Below are positions 29,847 to 39,387 of a stretch of 64,000 nt of DNA, one piece after another. Source of the DNA: Silvanigrellaceae bacterium (lineage in GTDB: Bacteria; Bdellovibrionota_B; Oligoflexia; Silvanigrellales; Silvanigrellaceae); the NCBI GenBank assembly GCA_044237915.1, contig JBIIEI010000012.1, positions 15,360-79,359 of the forward strand, read 5' to 3'. Within the stretch, counting starts at the first letter, position 1. Each line of letters starts with the position of its first letter. A program made the position numbers and the translations under genes. The notes beneath the pieces are model-generated. The model saw nothing but the letters and a program-made list of their open reading frames with translations. It was not told the DNA's origin and did not search any database.

Positions 29847-30914
29847 TTACTGGAGATCTTCAGAATCACATCCAGCAGGAACAAATTCTTTGCTTTCGCC
29901 ATTCAAAAGATTCTTAATGGAGCCTTGCCCGTCTACAAAAGAGATTTCAAAAGCACGCTTTGCTTCAACGCCATCTTTCTCAAAAAACTTTGCAGACATC
30001 GAGCCAGAGACGTAAAGACACTCACCGTTTTCCATGCTCACCTTGAGCTTCGAGAAGCTTGTTTCAAGGCGCGAGTCATCTATATGAGTGGCAACCAACA
30101 GACCAGAGTCGATGGTACGGCTGACAAGACTTGCTGTTTCTTTGTTACGTTCAACTTTCACCACCAAAGGTTCTTTTGAAACAACGGCATGAGAAATTTC
30201 TTTCTTTTCGCCATTCTTTTTCACAAATGAAAGGGAGCGTTGAACATTGCTGCTAATGGTCTTCACTCTCACAGCAGTGGTACTTTCAGCCGAGACTTCA
30301 GTGACACCCCAAACAATGCTGCGTTCCCCTTGCGCCAAAAATGAGAAAGAACTGCTCTTCGTGGTTCCCTTTTTCTTATTAACAAACTCATGTGTGAGAG
30401 CACGCGCACGCTTGAATTTAAGGTCAAGCTTGAGTCCTTCAATTCCAGCAGATTTCCAGTCAAATTTTGCATGATCGTTTTGGCATTCAAGGGCAACACC
30501 TTCACGGAACCAAAGTCTTTCTTGACTGCTTTCGCCCGAAAAAGAAAGCGAGTGACTAAAGTTGGAGCGATCAAGAACCTTCGTTCTTTCTCCACTGGAA
30601 CTGACTTTCACAAGGGCTTTTCCGTCTACAATTTCACAGCTTTTTTCGAACTGAAAATCTTTGTCTGCCGTTCCTGCAAGGCCAAATGAAGCCCCTCCAG
30701 AAGTGCTTGTGCTGGCACTCGAATCACCCGCTAAAGATGCCACTGCTTCGTCGAGGTTTGAAGAAACTGCTGCGCTGGTTGACTCTTCGTCATTCGCAAT
30801 CTCTCCCGCTGTGGATTCGGGAGTGACCGAAGACTCCGATTTGCCAGAGCGCTCGTTCCCACCGCACGAAGCAACCAAAGACACAACAGCAAAGAGTGCA
30901 AAAGACTTTTTCAT
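29847..30914 (-). CDS. Hypothetical lipoprotein with Ser-rich linker
   Basis: AAGGAG RBS; signal peptide + lipobox (LVASCGG); Ser/Thr-rich linker then ~270-aa domain of unknown function. Confidence 0.5.
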   Translation of the reverse strand: MKKSFALFAVVSLVASCGGNERSGKSESSVTPESTAGEIANDEESTSAAVSSNLDEAVASLAGDSSASTSTSGGASFGLAGTADKDFQFEKSCEIVDGKALVKVSSSGERTKVLDRSNFSHSLSFSGESSQERLWFREGVALECQNDHAKFDWKSAGIEGLKLDLKFKRARALTHEFVNKKKGTTKSSSFSFLAQGERSIVWGVTEVSAESTTAVRVKTISSNVQRSLSFVKKNGEKKEISHAVVSKEPLVVKVERNKETASLVSRTIDSGLLVATHIDDSRLETSFSKLKVSMENGECLYVSGSMSAKFFEKDGVEAKRAFEISFVDGQGSIKNLLNGESKEFVPAGCDSEDLQ

Positions 30915-31291
30915 ACGAACTCCTTTAAGAAGCGTTTGCGAAATTGAAGGTCTGAATTTCGATTTCTCACAGTTCCTTCAAAAATACATATCGTCAAAAT
31001 TTCTTCGCACATGAGTACTTTTTTTCAACTCATCGTTTTTATAGTATTAAAACTTACGGAAATTTAATTCTAGATTCTTTTTTCGCACATACATGTGAAA
31101 AACATCTGGCTCTGCATTCAGAGGAACTATTCACACTCAATCCTACCAATAATCATTCACTGACTAAGGTATTTACAGTATTAAGCCTCCCTAAATTAGC
31201 AACATCTTTGAATTCTCAAACTTGGCCTCAAAATTGCTGAAGGAATTTGATTGGATGAGTATTCATCGCCCCCTTTTTGGAGGATAAACCC

Positions 31292-32089
31292 ATGACTCGA
31301 TTGAATGCCCTATTGCCTGTTTCCCTTGCCCTGTTGGCTTCAGCCTGCGGTTCCAAACTGGATTCCGCACATCTAAAACAAGCCGAAATCAACCAAGTTT
31401 CTGCAGCCCAACTTGCAAATGATGCTTTTACGCAGATCAAATCCTTACCCTTTGGCTGGTACGGGACAGATGCTTGCGATGATCGCGCTTACCTTTCAAG
31501 TATTGCACTTGCACTTAAGGGCATTCCCACCCAGCATGTGATGCTCGTCAAAGGTGAACAAAACCTTCCGCTCTTGCCACCCAAATTCAAGGGCTCAGTA
31601 CGTTGGAGAAACCACATTGCACCTGTGGTCAATGGGATTGTCGTCGATCCCGCAACAGGCGATGCACCCGCTCATGTGGATGCCTGGAAAATAGCCGCCG
31701 GACTTCAACCTGCTGATAAAAAGTCAAAGACACTATTTGTGCCAGGCTCCCTTGGTTTTGTGAGCGGATCTAAACTTTTACGCAATGTTGTTCAACCCGC
31801 AATTGATCGCGGCGAAACATTTCCCGTTCCAAAGAGCATGGCCGACATGCCGAAATTTCACTACGACGCGGCCTCCACTTCTTTTACGAACGTGATGTTT
31901 GAATTACAGACCGATGCAGAACGTAAAAAACTATGTGTATTCGCCGCAGACATGTTGAATACCCTCAGTTCGCAAAACAAGCTCGATTTTTCAACGCGCT
32001 ATGTCGGAGAATCCATGATTCCTCCCGCTTGGCCCTGCGCCATTGAAACCGACGGAAAACGCGTGTTTCCCATTGGTAATTTTAAGTAA
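31292..32089 (+). CDS. Lipoprotein with protein-glutamine-glutaminase-like (papain-fold Cys-His-Asp) domain
   Basis: GGAGGA RBS + ATG 31292; lipobox LLASACG. Ordered motifs resemble the protein-glutaminase triad: GTDACDDRAY (cf. DGCYARAH), WRNHIAPVV (cf. WSYHVAILV), IVVDPATG (cf. IIDPS). Confidence 0.45.
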   Translation: MTRLNALLPVSLALLASACGSKLDSAHLKQAEINQVSAAQLANDAFTQIKSLPFGWYGTDACDDRAYLSSIALALKGIPTQHVMLVKGEQNLPLLPPKFKGSVRWRNHIAPVVNGIVVDPATGDAPAHVDAWKIAAGLQPADKKSKTLFVPGSLGFVSGSKLLRNVVQPAIDRGETFPVPKSMADMPKFHYDAASTSFTNVMFELQTDAERKKLCVFAADMLNTLSSQNKLDFSTRYVGESMIPPAWPCAIETDGKRVFPIGNFK

Positions 32090-32421
32090 TGTTTGAAGAT
32101 TACGAGGCTCGGTGCAGACGTGGCGAAGTTCGGCCTGGCGTTCCGTACTTGTGGGAAAATGATTCTGTACAGATTCTAAATTTCCCAACAAAACGACACT
32201 GGCGAGATGATTCTATTCTTGAAGATATTGAAGATGGACTTAGGTATCTTTCCGAAAATTATCCAGCAATGGGTATAGCCACGCTGGCAATGCCTCCACT
32301 TGGATGTGGGAACGGGAATTTGTCTTGGAAGGATGTGAAGCCTCTGATCGAAAAGCATCTTGGGGATGTCACGTTAGAAGTTTTCGTTTACCAACCCAGG
32401 ATGGGAGCTGTATTTCCTTAA
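32089..32421 (+). CDS. Small cytoplasmic protein with similarity to the C-terminal half of a macro domain
   Basis: ATG overlaps the upstream stop (TAATG). IATLAMPPLGCGNGNL…VFVY resembles macro-domain SVAFPAISTGVYGYP…VYFVCY, but the N-terminal Gly-rich half is absent. Confidence 0.3.
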   Translation: MFEDYEARCRRGEVRPGVPYLWENDSVQILNFPTKRHWRDDSILEDIEDGLRYLSENYPAMGIATLAMPPLGCGNGNLSWKDVKPLIEKHLGDVTLEVFVYQPRMGAVFP

Positions 32422-32424
32422 AGC

Positions 32425-33165
32425 TCACTCCCCAAATCGCGTGGTAATTTTATAAGTTTCTCGCAAGGCTTTTCCTTCGGGAGAATCTTGAACTTTCATG
32501 AGGGAGGCATAGATTTTATCCAGCTCTGATTTAGCAGCAGGGCGTGTTTTACTATTGATGCAAAGAAAAGTTTTTCGCTTGATAATATCGTAACGTCGAA
32601 ATTGAAAGGCAGGAAAACGTTCTTTCAAAAGTGCCTCATATTCAATAAATGATGCGAGGTAAGAGGCTCTCCCCCTTGCAAACATTTCGACGGCCTCTGG
32701 AACATTTGAAGCGTACTCATATTTATTTTTTTCACCCAAATGGCTTAAAACAGGCGAACCGAGCATGGCAATAATTTGTTTGCCTTCAATTTTTTGTGTG
32801 TCAGCGAAGGGTGTTTCTTTAATATTTTGCCAAATAGAATAGGTAAAAGTATATGCCGTTTTACTTCTCAAAAAATGGCTGGGCGAAGTGTCATTGCAAA
32901 TATAAAAGTCAAACTTTCCTTGATCAGCAAGTCTTTTATGTTTGTTCCAAGGGGTGTCTTCTCTAACAAAAGAAATTCCAGATTTTTTGAGTGCGAGTTC
33001 CATCATTTCAACGATAAAGGTGCCCACGTTGGCGGTCTTGAAATTTTCGGCGGCAACAGTACTAAAAGCGAGGGGAGTTTCCAATGCAAAGGCCATAGAG
33101 GGCAGCAGTGCACAAAGTAATACTGCACAGACGGACGCACACCTTTGGATCGCAAAAAGGGTCAT
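32425..33165 (-). CDS. Periplasmic solute-binding-protein-like protein (SBP_bac_3-like), orphan
   Basis: Signal peptide; two-lobe SBP-like pattern; no adjacent permease or ATPase. Confidence 0.45.
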   Translation of the reverse strand: MTLFAIQRCASVCAVLLCALLPSMAFALETPLAFSTVAAENFKTANVGTFIVEMMELALKKSGISFVREDTPWNKHKRLADQGKFDFYICNDTSPSHFLRSKTAYTFTYSIWQNIKETPFADTQKIEGKQIIAMLGSPVLSHLGEKNKYEYASNVPEAVEMFARGRASYLASFIEYEALLKERFPAFQFRRYDIIKRKTFLCINSKTRPAAKSELDKIYASLMKVQDSPEGKALRETYKITTRFGE

Positions 33166-33167
33166 GT

Positions 33168-34568
33168 TTACTTTCCCCTTGATTTTTTGAATTGAACAAT
33201 CTTGTCTACAATTTTTAGCACTTCATCCTTTTCCAAAGAGCGCACGCCCTGCATTTGAGGGACTTTGATCATATGAGCTGCCTCTTGCCAGTCTAGCCAT
33301 ACTCCCAAATACGACTGAGGCAGAGTCCGTTGCTTCAATGTCTCTGAAATTTCATCATGAGTATATTTTTTGGGAACTTGGCTTGCGCAAATTTTGAGGA
33401 CTTGTTCCAAATTTAAGTCTCGCGAGGTTTCCTGCAATAAAAGATGGTCACCAAGTGCACGCAGCTCTTCTCCATAGGGTGGCTCGAATCGGTTAGACAC
33501 CGCCTTAAGAACTGCGCACACACTCGTTAAAGGCAGGCTTCCTGCCTTCTTTAATACTCGATAGAGGGAGTATTGAAACACATCATGATGGGTGTCTTTT
33601 ATGGATTCGTTGAGGCGCACGATCTGCATGAAGAACTCGAAAAGCTGTTTATCGGAACGCGTTGCGGGCCAGCGCAGTAGAGCAGAATCAAAATATTTAT
33701 CGTACTTTTTATCATTGCCAAGCAAAGGCAACAGGTGATACCCCAGCGCTGTCAGAGGAAACCCTGCATGAAAATTTGCGGGAAGTTCCTGGCTCAATGG
33801 TCTCCAGCGCTCTGTATCTTTAAATATCAAGTCTGCAAAGAGGTGCGAAAGGATGGAGAATTCAATCCATAATTCAAGATAATGCGGAAGACCGCCTGCT
33901 TTTACCTTGGTCACTTCTTGAAGAATGCGCTCTAAACTCAAGTCACTCACAGCGGAAGCAAGCGTTTGTGCAGCAAGAGCAGTGTTTTGTTCAATGTTCA
34001 GCTTTAGCCCCGCTGCAAACCTCAGGAGCCTCAGGATTCTAAGCGAATCTTCACCAAATCTCTGCGCAGGATCACCAATGCAGGCAAGGGACTTTGCGTT
34101 CAGATCGTGCCATCCCCCAAAGGGGTCGTGCAAAATTCCAGCCTGTGGATCAAAATAAAGTGCATTGATCGTAAAATCTCTTCTTAAAGAGTCGTCTTCC
34201 CAAGTTCCTTTGACAACAAAATCCGGGTGCCTGTGATCCGAATAGGGGCCTTCCTTGCGAAAGGTTGTGACTTCAAACTCGAAGCCTCCCTGAGGCACCG
34301 CGCAAACTCCAAAATCTTTCCCCAGATAGAAGGAATTTGGAAACGTATTTTTAACCACTTGAGGGTCTGCATCCGTAGCGATGTCGATATCTTTGGGCTC
34401 AAAATTGGGAAAGAGAAAAAAGTCACGCACACATCCGCCCACAAAATAGGCCTTAAAACCTACATCATGAAGCGACTGACAAACCGATGTGGCATGCTCG
34501 AAAATTCGGCTTTTTTGCACGGCTTGGGACAGTGTTACGACATGGGAATCAACGTGCTGTAGGTTCAT
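33168..34568 (-). CDS. cca: tRNA nucleotidyltransferase (CCA-adding enzyme)/poly(A) polymerase family protein
   Basis: Head-domain motif YFVGGCVRD…DIDIATDA…; RxxRF-type region RILRLLRFAA. Confidence 0.75.
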   Translation of the reverse strand: MNLQHVDSHVVTLSQAVQKSRIFEHATSVCQSLHDVGFKAYFVGGCVRDFFLFPNFEPKDIDIATDADPQVVKNTFPNSFYLGKDFGVCAVPQGGFEFEVTTFRKEGPYSDHRHPDFVVKGTWEDDSLRRDFTINALYFDPQAGILHDPFGGWHDLNAKSLACIGDPAQRFGEDSLRILRLLRFAAGLKLNIEQNTALAAQTLASAVSDLSLERILQEVTKVKAGGLPHYLELWIEFSILSHLFADLIFKDTERWRPLSQELPANFHAGFPLTALGYHLLPLLGNDKKYDKYFDSALLRWPATRSDKQLFEFFMQIVRLNESIKDTHHDVFQYSLYRVLKKAGSLPLTSVCAVLKAVSNRFEPPYGEELRALGDHLLLQETSRDLNLEQVLKICASQVPKKYTHDEISETLKQRTLPQSYLGVWLDWQEAAHMIKVPQMQGVRSLEKDEVLKIVDKIVQFKKSRGK

Positions 34569-35545
34569 GGGTTACGCCGACTGTCTCTTTCATCCATGAT
34601 AAAAAGCGGACGCTTTTTGACTTCATCATAGATACGCCCCACATATTCACCAAGAATCCCAATGGTAATAAGCTGAACTGCACCCAAAAATAGAATTGCA
34701 ACCATCAAACTCGGCCAACCGCGCACTTGATTGAGCCCTAAAATATTTCCAACAATGACATACACTGCATACAAAACAGAAATTACCGCTACGCCCATTC
34801 CAAGCCAATAAGCTGAGTTTAAAGGCGCATTGCTAAAGCTCGTGATGCCATCTAAAGCCAGTTTGAGCATTTTACTCAAAGGATATTTGGTAACACCGGC
34901 GAACCGGGCAGCGCGATCGTAGGGAACGGGCTCTTGGCGAAAGCCCAGCCAAGGAATCATGCCGCGAATAAAGCGATGCCGTTCGGGCATGCTGTTAAAG
35001 ACATCGAGGGCTCTTCGGCTCATCAAACGAAAGTCCCCGGTGTCGAGTGGAATGTCGACTCGCGTTAGGCGCCGCACGATTTTATAAAACAGCCTTGCCG
35101 TAAAGAGTTTAAACCATGATTCTCCAGCTCGACTGGAGCGTACGCCATAGGCGACATCCACGCCTTCTTGCCACTTTTCAACCATGCGTTCGATGACGGC
35201 GGGGGGATCTTGAAGGTCGGCGTCAATGGCAACGATGGCGTCTCCGCGCGCGTTAGCGAGACCCGCAGAAAGTGCAATTTGATGGCCAAAATTTCGCGCA
35301 AGCGAAAGGATCATGATTTCGCCACGAGAATTAAGGTGACGCGTTTTATGCTGAGCGTGAAGCTCATGCAGCATTGGTAAGGTGCGATCGCGGGAGCCAT
35401 CGTTGATAAAGATAAGTTCATAGGAAAGGTCAAAGCGCAGCACAATGCGTTCGAGCTCTTGAACAAGCTGTGTATAGGTTTCTAAAATCACCTCTTGTTC
35501 GTTGTAACAAGGAACCACGACTGACAACAGTTTTCCCATACCCAT
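34565..35545 (-). CDS. GT2 polyprenyl-phosphate glycosyltransferase (ArnC/GtrB/DPM1-like)
   Basis: LSVVVPCYNE, FINDGSRD, DADLQDPP motifs; two C-terminal TM helices typical of ArnC/GtrB. Confidence 0.8.
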   Translation of the reverse strand: MGMGKLLSVVVPCYNEQEVILETYTQLVQELERIVLRFDLSYELIFINDGSRDRTLPMLHELHAQHKTRHLNSRGEIMILSLARNFGHQIALSAGLANARGDAIVAIDADLQDPPAVIERMVEKWQEGVDVAYGVRSSRAGESWFKLFTARLFYKIVRRLTRVDIPLDTGDFRLMSRRALDVFNSMPERHRFIRGMIPWLGFRQEPVPYDRAARFAGVTKYPLSKMLKLALDGITSFSNAPLNSAYWLGMGVAVISVLYAVYVIVGNILGLNQVRGWPSLMVAILFLGAVQLITIGILGEYVGRIYDEVKKRPLFIMDERDSRRNP

Positions 35546-35636
35546 CTCCACGCACGCACTTGCCCTCTTGAACGGTTATCAAGCAAAGTGTACAGCTTTT
35601 CGAAGGATAACCATAGAAGCGAGGTTTTAACGAATT

Positions 35637-37790
35637 GTGAGCACGAAGACAAACGGGAAGCTCCTCAATGTCGACTCGAACGGCAGAAATACTTTGGCAC
35701 CTTTCAAATCGGAAGGGCTTTCCTTCTTGTACCGCCCCGCAATCTTCTGGGGATTGTCTGGTACCTTTGTGTTCCTCGCGGCTCTCAGCAGGCTTTTCTT
35801 CCTCGATGACAAACCCTTTCATCACGACGAAAGTTTGCACGCCTACTATTCGCAAAAGGTTTCAGCCGGTGGAGTTCACGAGTATTCCGCTTTGTTGCAT
35901 GGGCCTTTCCTCTACTATTTTGTAGGGGGATTTATGGCGCTGTTTGGGGTGGGCGACTTACAGGCCCGCCTTCCGGCCGCACTTTTTGGAATTTTTATTG
36001 TGGCAAGCCCTCTTCTCGCTCGAAAAATCGTGGGCCCTGCTGTTACCCTTGCGCTGATGTTCTTTTTATTGATAAGCCCTACCACCCTTTATTTTGCACG
36101 ATTTCTGCGAGAAGACGTTTTTACGTCGATGTGGGTCATTGGAACACTGCTGGGAGCGGCACTTTACTGGAAAACGCGCAAAGAATGGGCAGCTTATTTT
36201 GCCACTGCGATGTTGGCGTTTCACTTCACAAACAAAGAAAATTCCTATCTTCATACTTTTTTATGGCTGCTCGGATTGTGCGTCATTGCAGTCCTCTCTC
36301 GTTACGTCAAACCCTTGCGAGAAATGCCGCCTCCCGAAGCCGCTCCCCCAAATCAAGAAACCGAAACCCCGCATCAGAGTTCAAGGATTGCCATTGCGCT
36401 CACCTGCTTCACGGTTTTTGCGGTGATTTATGTCATCTTTTATTCAAGCTTTTTTAGACATTCTAAAGGCTCATTACACGGCGTACTCGATGGCCTTTAC
36501 CGTGAAAGCCTGGTTTACTGGTGGGATCAAAATCAAAAACGCCGCATCGATGGTCCCTTTGATTTTTATCTTCCTATCCTCTCAAATTATGAATTTCTTT
36601 TATTTCCATTTTTAGCTTTGGCCTGGATGCGGCTTGTTTCCCTCACCAAAAAATCCCAAGTTGTGTTTCGAAAATTAAGCGTCTTTCCTCCGTTGCGGCC
36701 TCGTTACCTTGTTGCCACTGTCACCTTTGTTGTTGCCATCGCCTTGGCAACTCTTCTTATTCCCCGCATTGCTTTTGTAAAAGACGCCTGCACCTACACG
36801 GCCCTTTGTCCCTCCTTCCTCAACGAAGAGGGTAAACACGTTGTGTCTTCCCTTGCAAAGGCCTTACATGTTTCTCATTCGCGTCATGTGCTGCAAGTGC
36901 TCTTTTATGTGGTTTCGGGTGGAGTGGCTTTTCTTGCCGCATTAAATCTTCGTAAAAAAGCCGACGCTTTTTTGTGGTTTTGGCTCACAGGTGCCATGGG
37001 AATCTACAGTCATGTGGGAGAAAAAGTTCCCTGGCTTACCGTTTATATGCTCATTCCCATTCAGATGATTGCAGCTCTGGAAGCAGGTCGCCTCTTGATG
37101 CGTACAGAAGTTCCGCTTTCTTTTTCGGGCCCGGACCTTCGCCCCCTTGAAAACATGCACTACACGCGCTTTAGCAAACTGTGGAAATGGCCTCTGGTGC
37201 TTTGGCTAGTTGCAACCATACCATTCACAGTCTACAAGGCATGGAGGGTAAGTTTTCAGCGTGCCGCCGACCCCCGTGAACGGCTTGTTTTTACACAAAC
37301 GACAAATGAGGCGCACAAGGTTCGAGAGCGCTGGAAAACACTTTTGAAGAACGGTTCTGCCCAGAATATCCGCGTGACCATGGCGGGTGAAGCCACCTGG
37401 CCCTTTGCTTGGTATATTTACGGCATGAAAGAATACAACTTCGAAAAACCTAAGCCTGAGCTGGCCAAAAATTTTGATGTCATCTTACTCGACCAGACTC
37501 TCCTGGAAGACGCAAAGACGGAATACCCCGACTTCGACATCTTTAGCCTCCCGCTTCGGGCATGGTGGGTCCCGGGCCCCAATCCAACCATCGGTCAAAT
37601 CATGGGTTATTTCTGGACTGGAGAACCTTACTCCAAAGATCCCGAAACCACGGACAGCACCGATGCCGGAATGGGCGACGCAAAAGTTCTTTATTTGGAA
37701 AGAGCTGGAGCAGATTCACCGTTTCACAGAGCAGGTCGACCCGAATTTCTAACGTTGCTCCACTCCTCTGCCGGAAAAGCGTTGAACTGA
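35637..37790 (+). CDS. GT-C fold glycosyltransferase (ArnT/PMT family 39/83-like), 717 aa
   Basis: Many TM helices; N-terminal periplasmic-loop motif FHHDESLHAYY (DE motif of the ArnT/PMT family); divergent from the GT2 gene; GTG start in the ORF track, true start uncertain. Confidence 0.6.
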   Translation: MSTKTNGKLLNVDSNGRNTLAPFKSEGLSFLYRPAIFWGLSGTFVFLAALSRLFFLDDKPFHHDESLHAYYSQKVSAGGVHEYSALLHGPFLYYFVGGFMALFGVGDLQARLPAALFGIFIVASPLLARKIVGPAVTLALMFFLLISPTTLYFARFLREDVFTSMWVIGTLLGAALYWKTRKEWAAYFATAMLAFHFTNKENSYLHTFLWLLGLCVIAVLSRYVKPLREMPPPEAAPPNQETETPHQSSRIAIALTCFTVFAVIYVIFYSSFFRHSKGSLHGVLDGLYRESLVYWWDQNQKRRIDGPFDFYLPILSNYEFLLFPFLALAWMRLVSLTKKSQVVFRKLSVFPPLRPRYLVATVTFVVAIALATLLIPRIAFVKDACTYTALCPSFLNEEGKHVVSSLAKALHVSHSRHVLQVLFYVVSGGVAFLAALNLRKKADAFLWFWLTGAMGIYSHVGEKVPWLTVYMLIPIQMIAALEAGRLLMRTEVPLSFSGPDLRPLENMHYTRFSKLWKWPLVLWLVATIPFTVYKAWRVSFQRAADPRERLVFTQTTNEAHKVRERWKTLLKNGSAQNIRVTMAGEATWPFAWYIYGMKEYNFEKPKPELAKNFDVILLDQTLLEDAKTEYPDFDIFSLPLRAWWVPGPNPTIGQIMGYFWTGEPYSKDPETTDSTDAGMGDAKVLYLERAGADSPFHRAGRPEFLTLLHSSAGKALN

Positions 37791-37923
37791 CCTCTCACTA
37801 AGACTACGTACACTCTGAGAAGGCTTGTATGATGCTTTTGCCCTCACTTCCCATCGGGAAGCCCCAGGTCAGTTCATCACCCCGCCTTTTCCCGCAAAAC
37901 ATTGAACTCATTGGAAAGACTCT

Positions 37924-39387
37924 ATGTCTGCACGCACCTATTCCCGTCTCGTCGCCATTGTGGGCCGTCCTAATGTGGGCAAAAGCACGCTGTTCAACCG
38001 CATCATTAAAGAGCGTAAGAGCTTGGTGCATGACGAGCCGGGCGTCACCCGCGACCGCATCTTTGGTCGGGGCTCCTTTGACGGAATGGATTTTTATCTC
38101 TGTGATACCGGGGGTTTTGAACCCGCCGCCAAAGACAACATCAAGCAGCAGCTCGTCGAACAGGCCGAATTGGCCATCGAAGAGGCAGATTCCATCATTT
38201 TCGTTGCCGATGGGCGCGAAGGTCTGCATCCCGTCGATGCCGACTTGGTAAAGCGACTGCGCAAAGCGGGCAAGAATTTTACCGTTGCAGTCAATAAATG
38301 CGACATGCCCAAAGACGACATTTTGGCAGAAGAATTTCGCAAACTCGGCGTTCCCGAAGTGTATCCCATCAGTGCCGAACACTCGCGCGGAATCAGCGCC
38401 ATGCTCGAAAATGCCACGGCTATTTTGCGCACCAAACCCTCGCCGCAGGCTGTCAGTGAGCAAGAAATTAAACTTGCACTCATTGGACGCCCCAACGTTG
38501 GAAAATCATCCATCCTCAATCGGTTGGCAGGTGAAACACGCAGTATCGTCGATCCTCGTCCCGGCACAACGCGCGATACTGTGGATTCGATGATCCGTTA
38601 CCATGGTCACGACATCCGCGTGCTCGATACCGCAGGCATCAGGCGCAAGAGCCGCATGGTGGATGTGCTCGAAAAGTTCTCGGCATTTCGATCTGTTACT
38701 TGCCTTGAAGAATGCGACGTTGCCATTCTTGTTATCGATGCCAAAGAAGGCCCCACAGAAGGCGATCTCCGCGTTGCGGGTTATGCCTTTGAACTGCGTA
38801 AGCCTATTTTGGTTGTTGTCAACAAATGGGACCTTATCGAAGACAAAGACAACGCCACCTTTAAAAAGTACACCGAAATGGTGCACGATGCGTTACGTTA
38901 CATTCGTTATGCGCCCATCGTCTTCGTCAGTGCCGAAGAAAATCAGCGTATCAGTAAGCTTCCTGCGCTTTGCCTTGAACTGTTCGACCTCAGTAACAAG
39001 CGTGTCACTACAGCTCAAGTGAACAATGCGCTTAAAGAAGTCTTGGTCAAACACACGCCTCCCCTCAAAAAGAATAAGTCGCGCCGCATCAAGTTCTTCT
39101 ATGCAACCCAGGTTGGCGTTTTACCTCCCCGCTTTGTGATCTTTTGCAGCGACCCGCAAGATCTGCACTTTAGTTACAAGCGCTTTGTGGAAAACGAATT
39201 CCGCGAAGTTTTTGGATTTGATAAGGTGCCCATCTCCATTATTTTCCGAGAAAGAACGCGATTCGACGCCGAAGATCGCAAGAAAAACCGGGCCTCTGCT
39301 GCAGGCCCGTCTTACCAGGGTGAAGATTTTTACGATGATGAAGAAATTCCCGAAGACGATGAGTTCAAAGATGACTTCGCCGATTGA
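37924..39387 (+). CDS. der: Ribosome-associated GTPase Der (EngA)
   Basis: Two tandem GTPase domains (GRPNVGKSTLFN; GRPNVGKSSILN; DTAGIRR) plus C-terminal KH-like domain. Confidence 0.9.
   Translation: MSARTYSRLVAIVGRPNVGKSTLFNRIIKERKSLVHDEPGVTRDRIFGRGSFDGMDFYLCDTGGFEPAAKDNIKQQLVEQAELAIEEADSIIFVADGREGLHPVDADLVKRLRKAGKNFTVAVNKCDMPKDDILAEEFRKLGVPEVYPISAEHSRGISAMLENATAILRTKPSPQAVSEQEIKLALIGRPNVGKSSILNRLAGETRSIVDPRPGTTRDTVDSMIRYHGHDIRVLDTAGIRRKSRMVDVLEKFSAFRSVTCLEECDVAILVIDAKEGPTEGDLRVAGYAFELRKPILVVVNKWDLIEDKDNATFKKYTEMVHDALRYIRYAPIVFVSAEENQRISKLPALCLELFDLSNKRVTTAQVNNALKEVLVKHTPPLKKNKSRRIKFFYATQVGVLPPRFVIFCSDPQDLHFSYKRFVENEFREVFGFDKVPISIIFRERTRFDAEDRKKNRASAAGPSYQGEDFYDDEEIPEDDEFKDDFAD

Noticed and set aside
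29417-29902. 161-aa minus-strand ORF overlapping the 3' end of the aldehyde dehydrogenase gene and the terminator
   Set aside because: Antisense to a motif-supported CDS and spanning an intrinsic terminator; spurious.
37804-38886. ORFs of 219, 157 and 126 aa on the minus strand inside der
   Set aside because: They lie antisense to a strongly conserved GTPase gene, have Arg/Gly-rich shadow-frame composition and no motifs; they are spurious.
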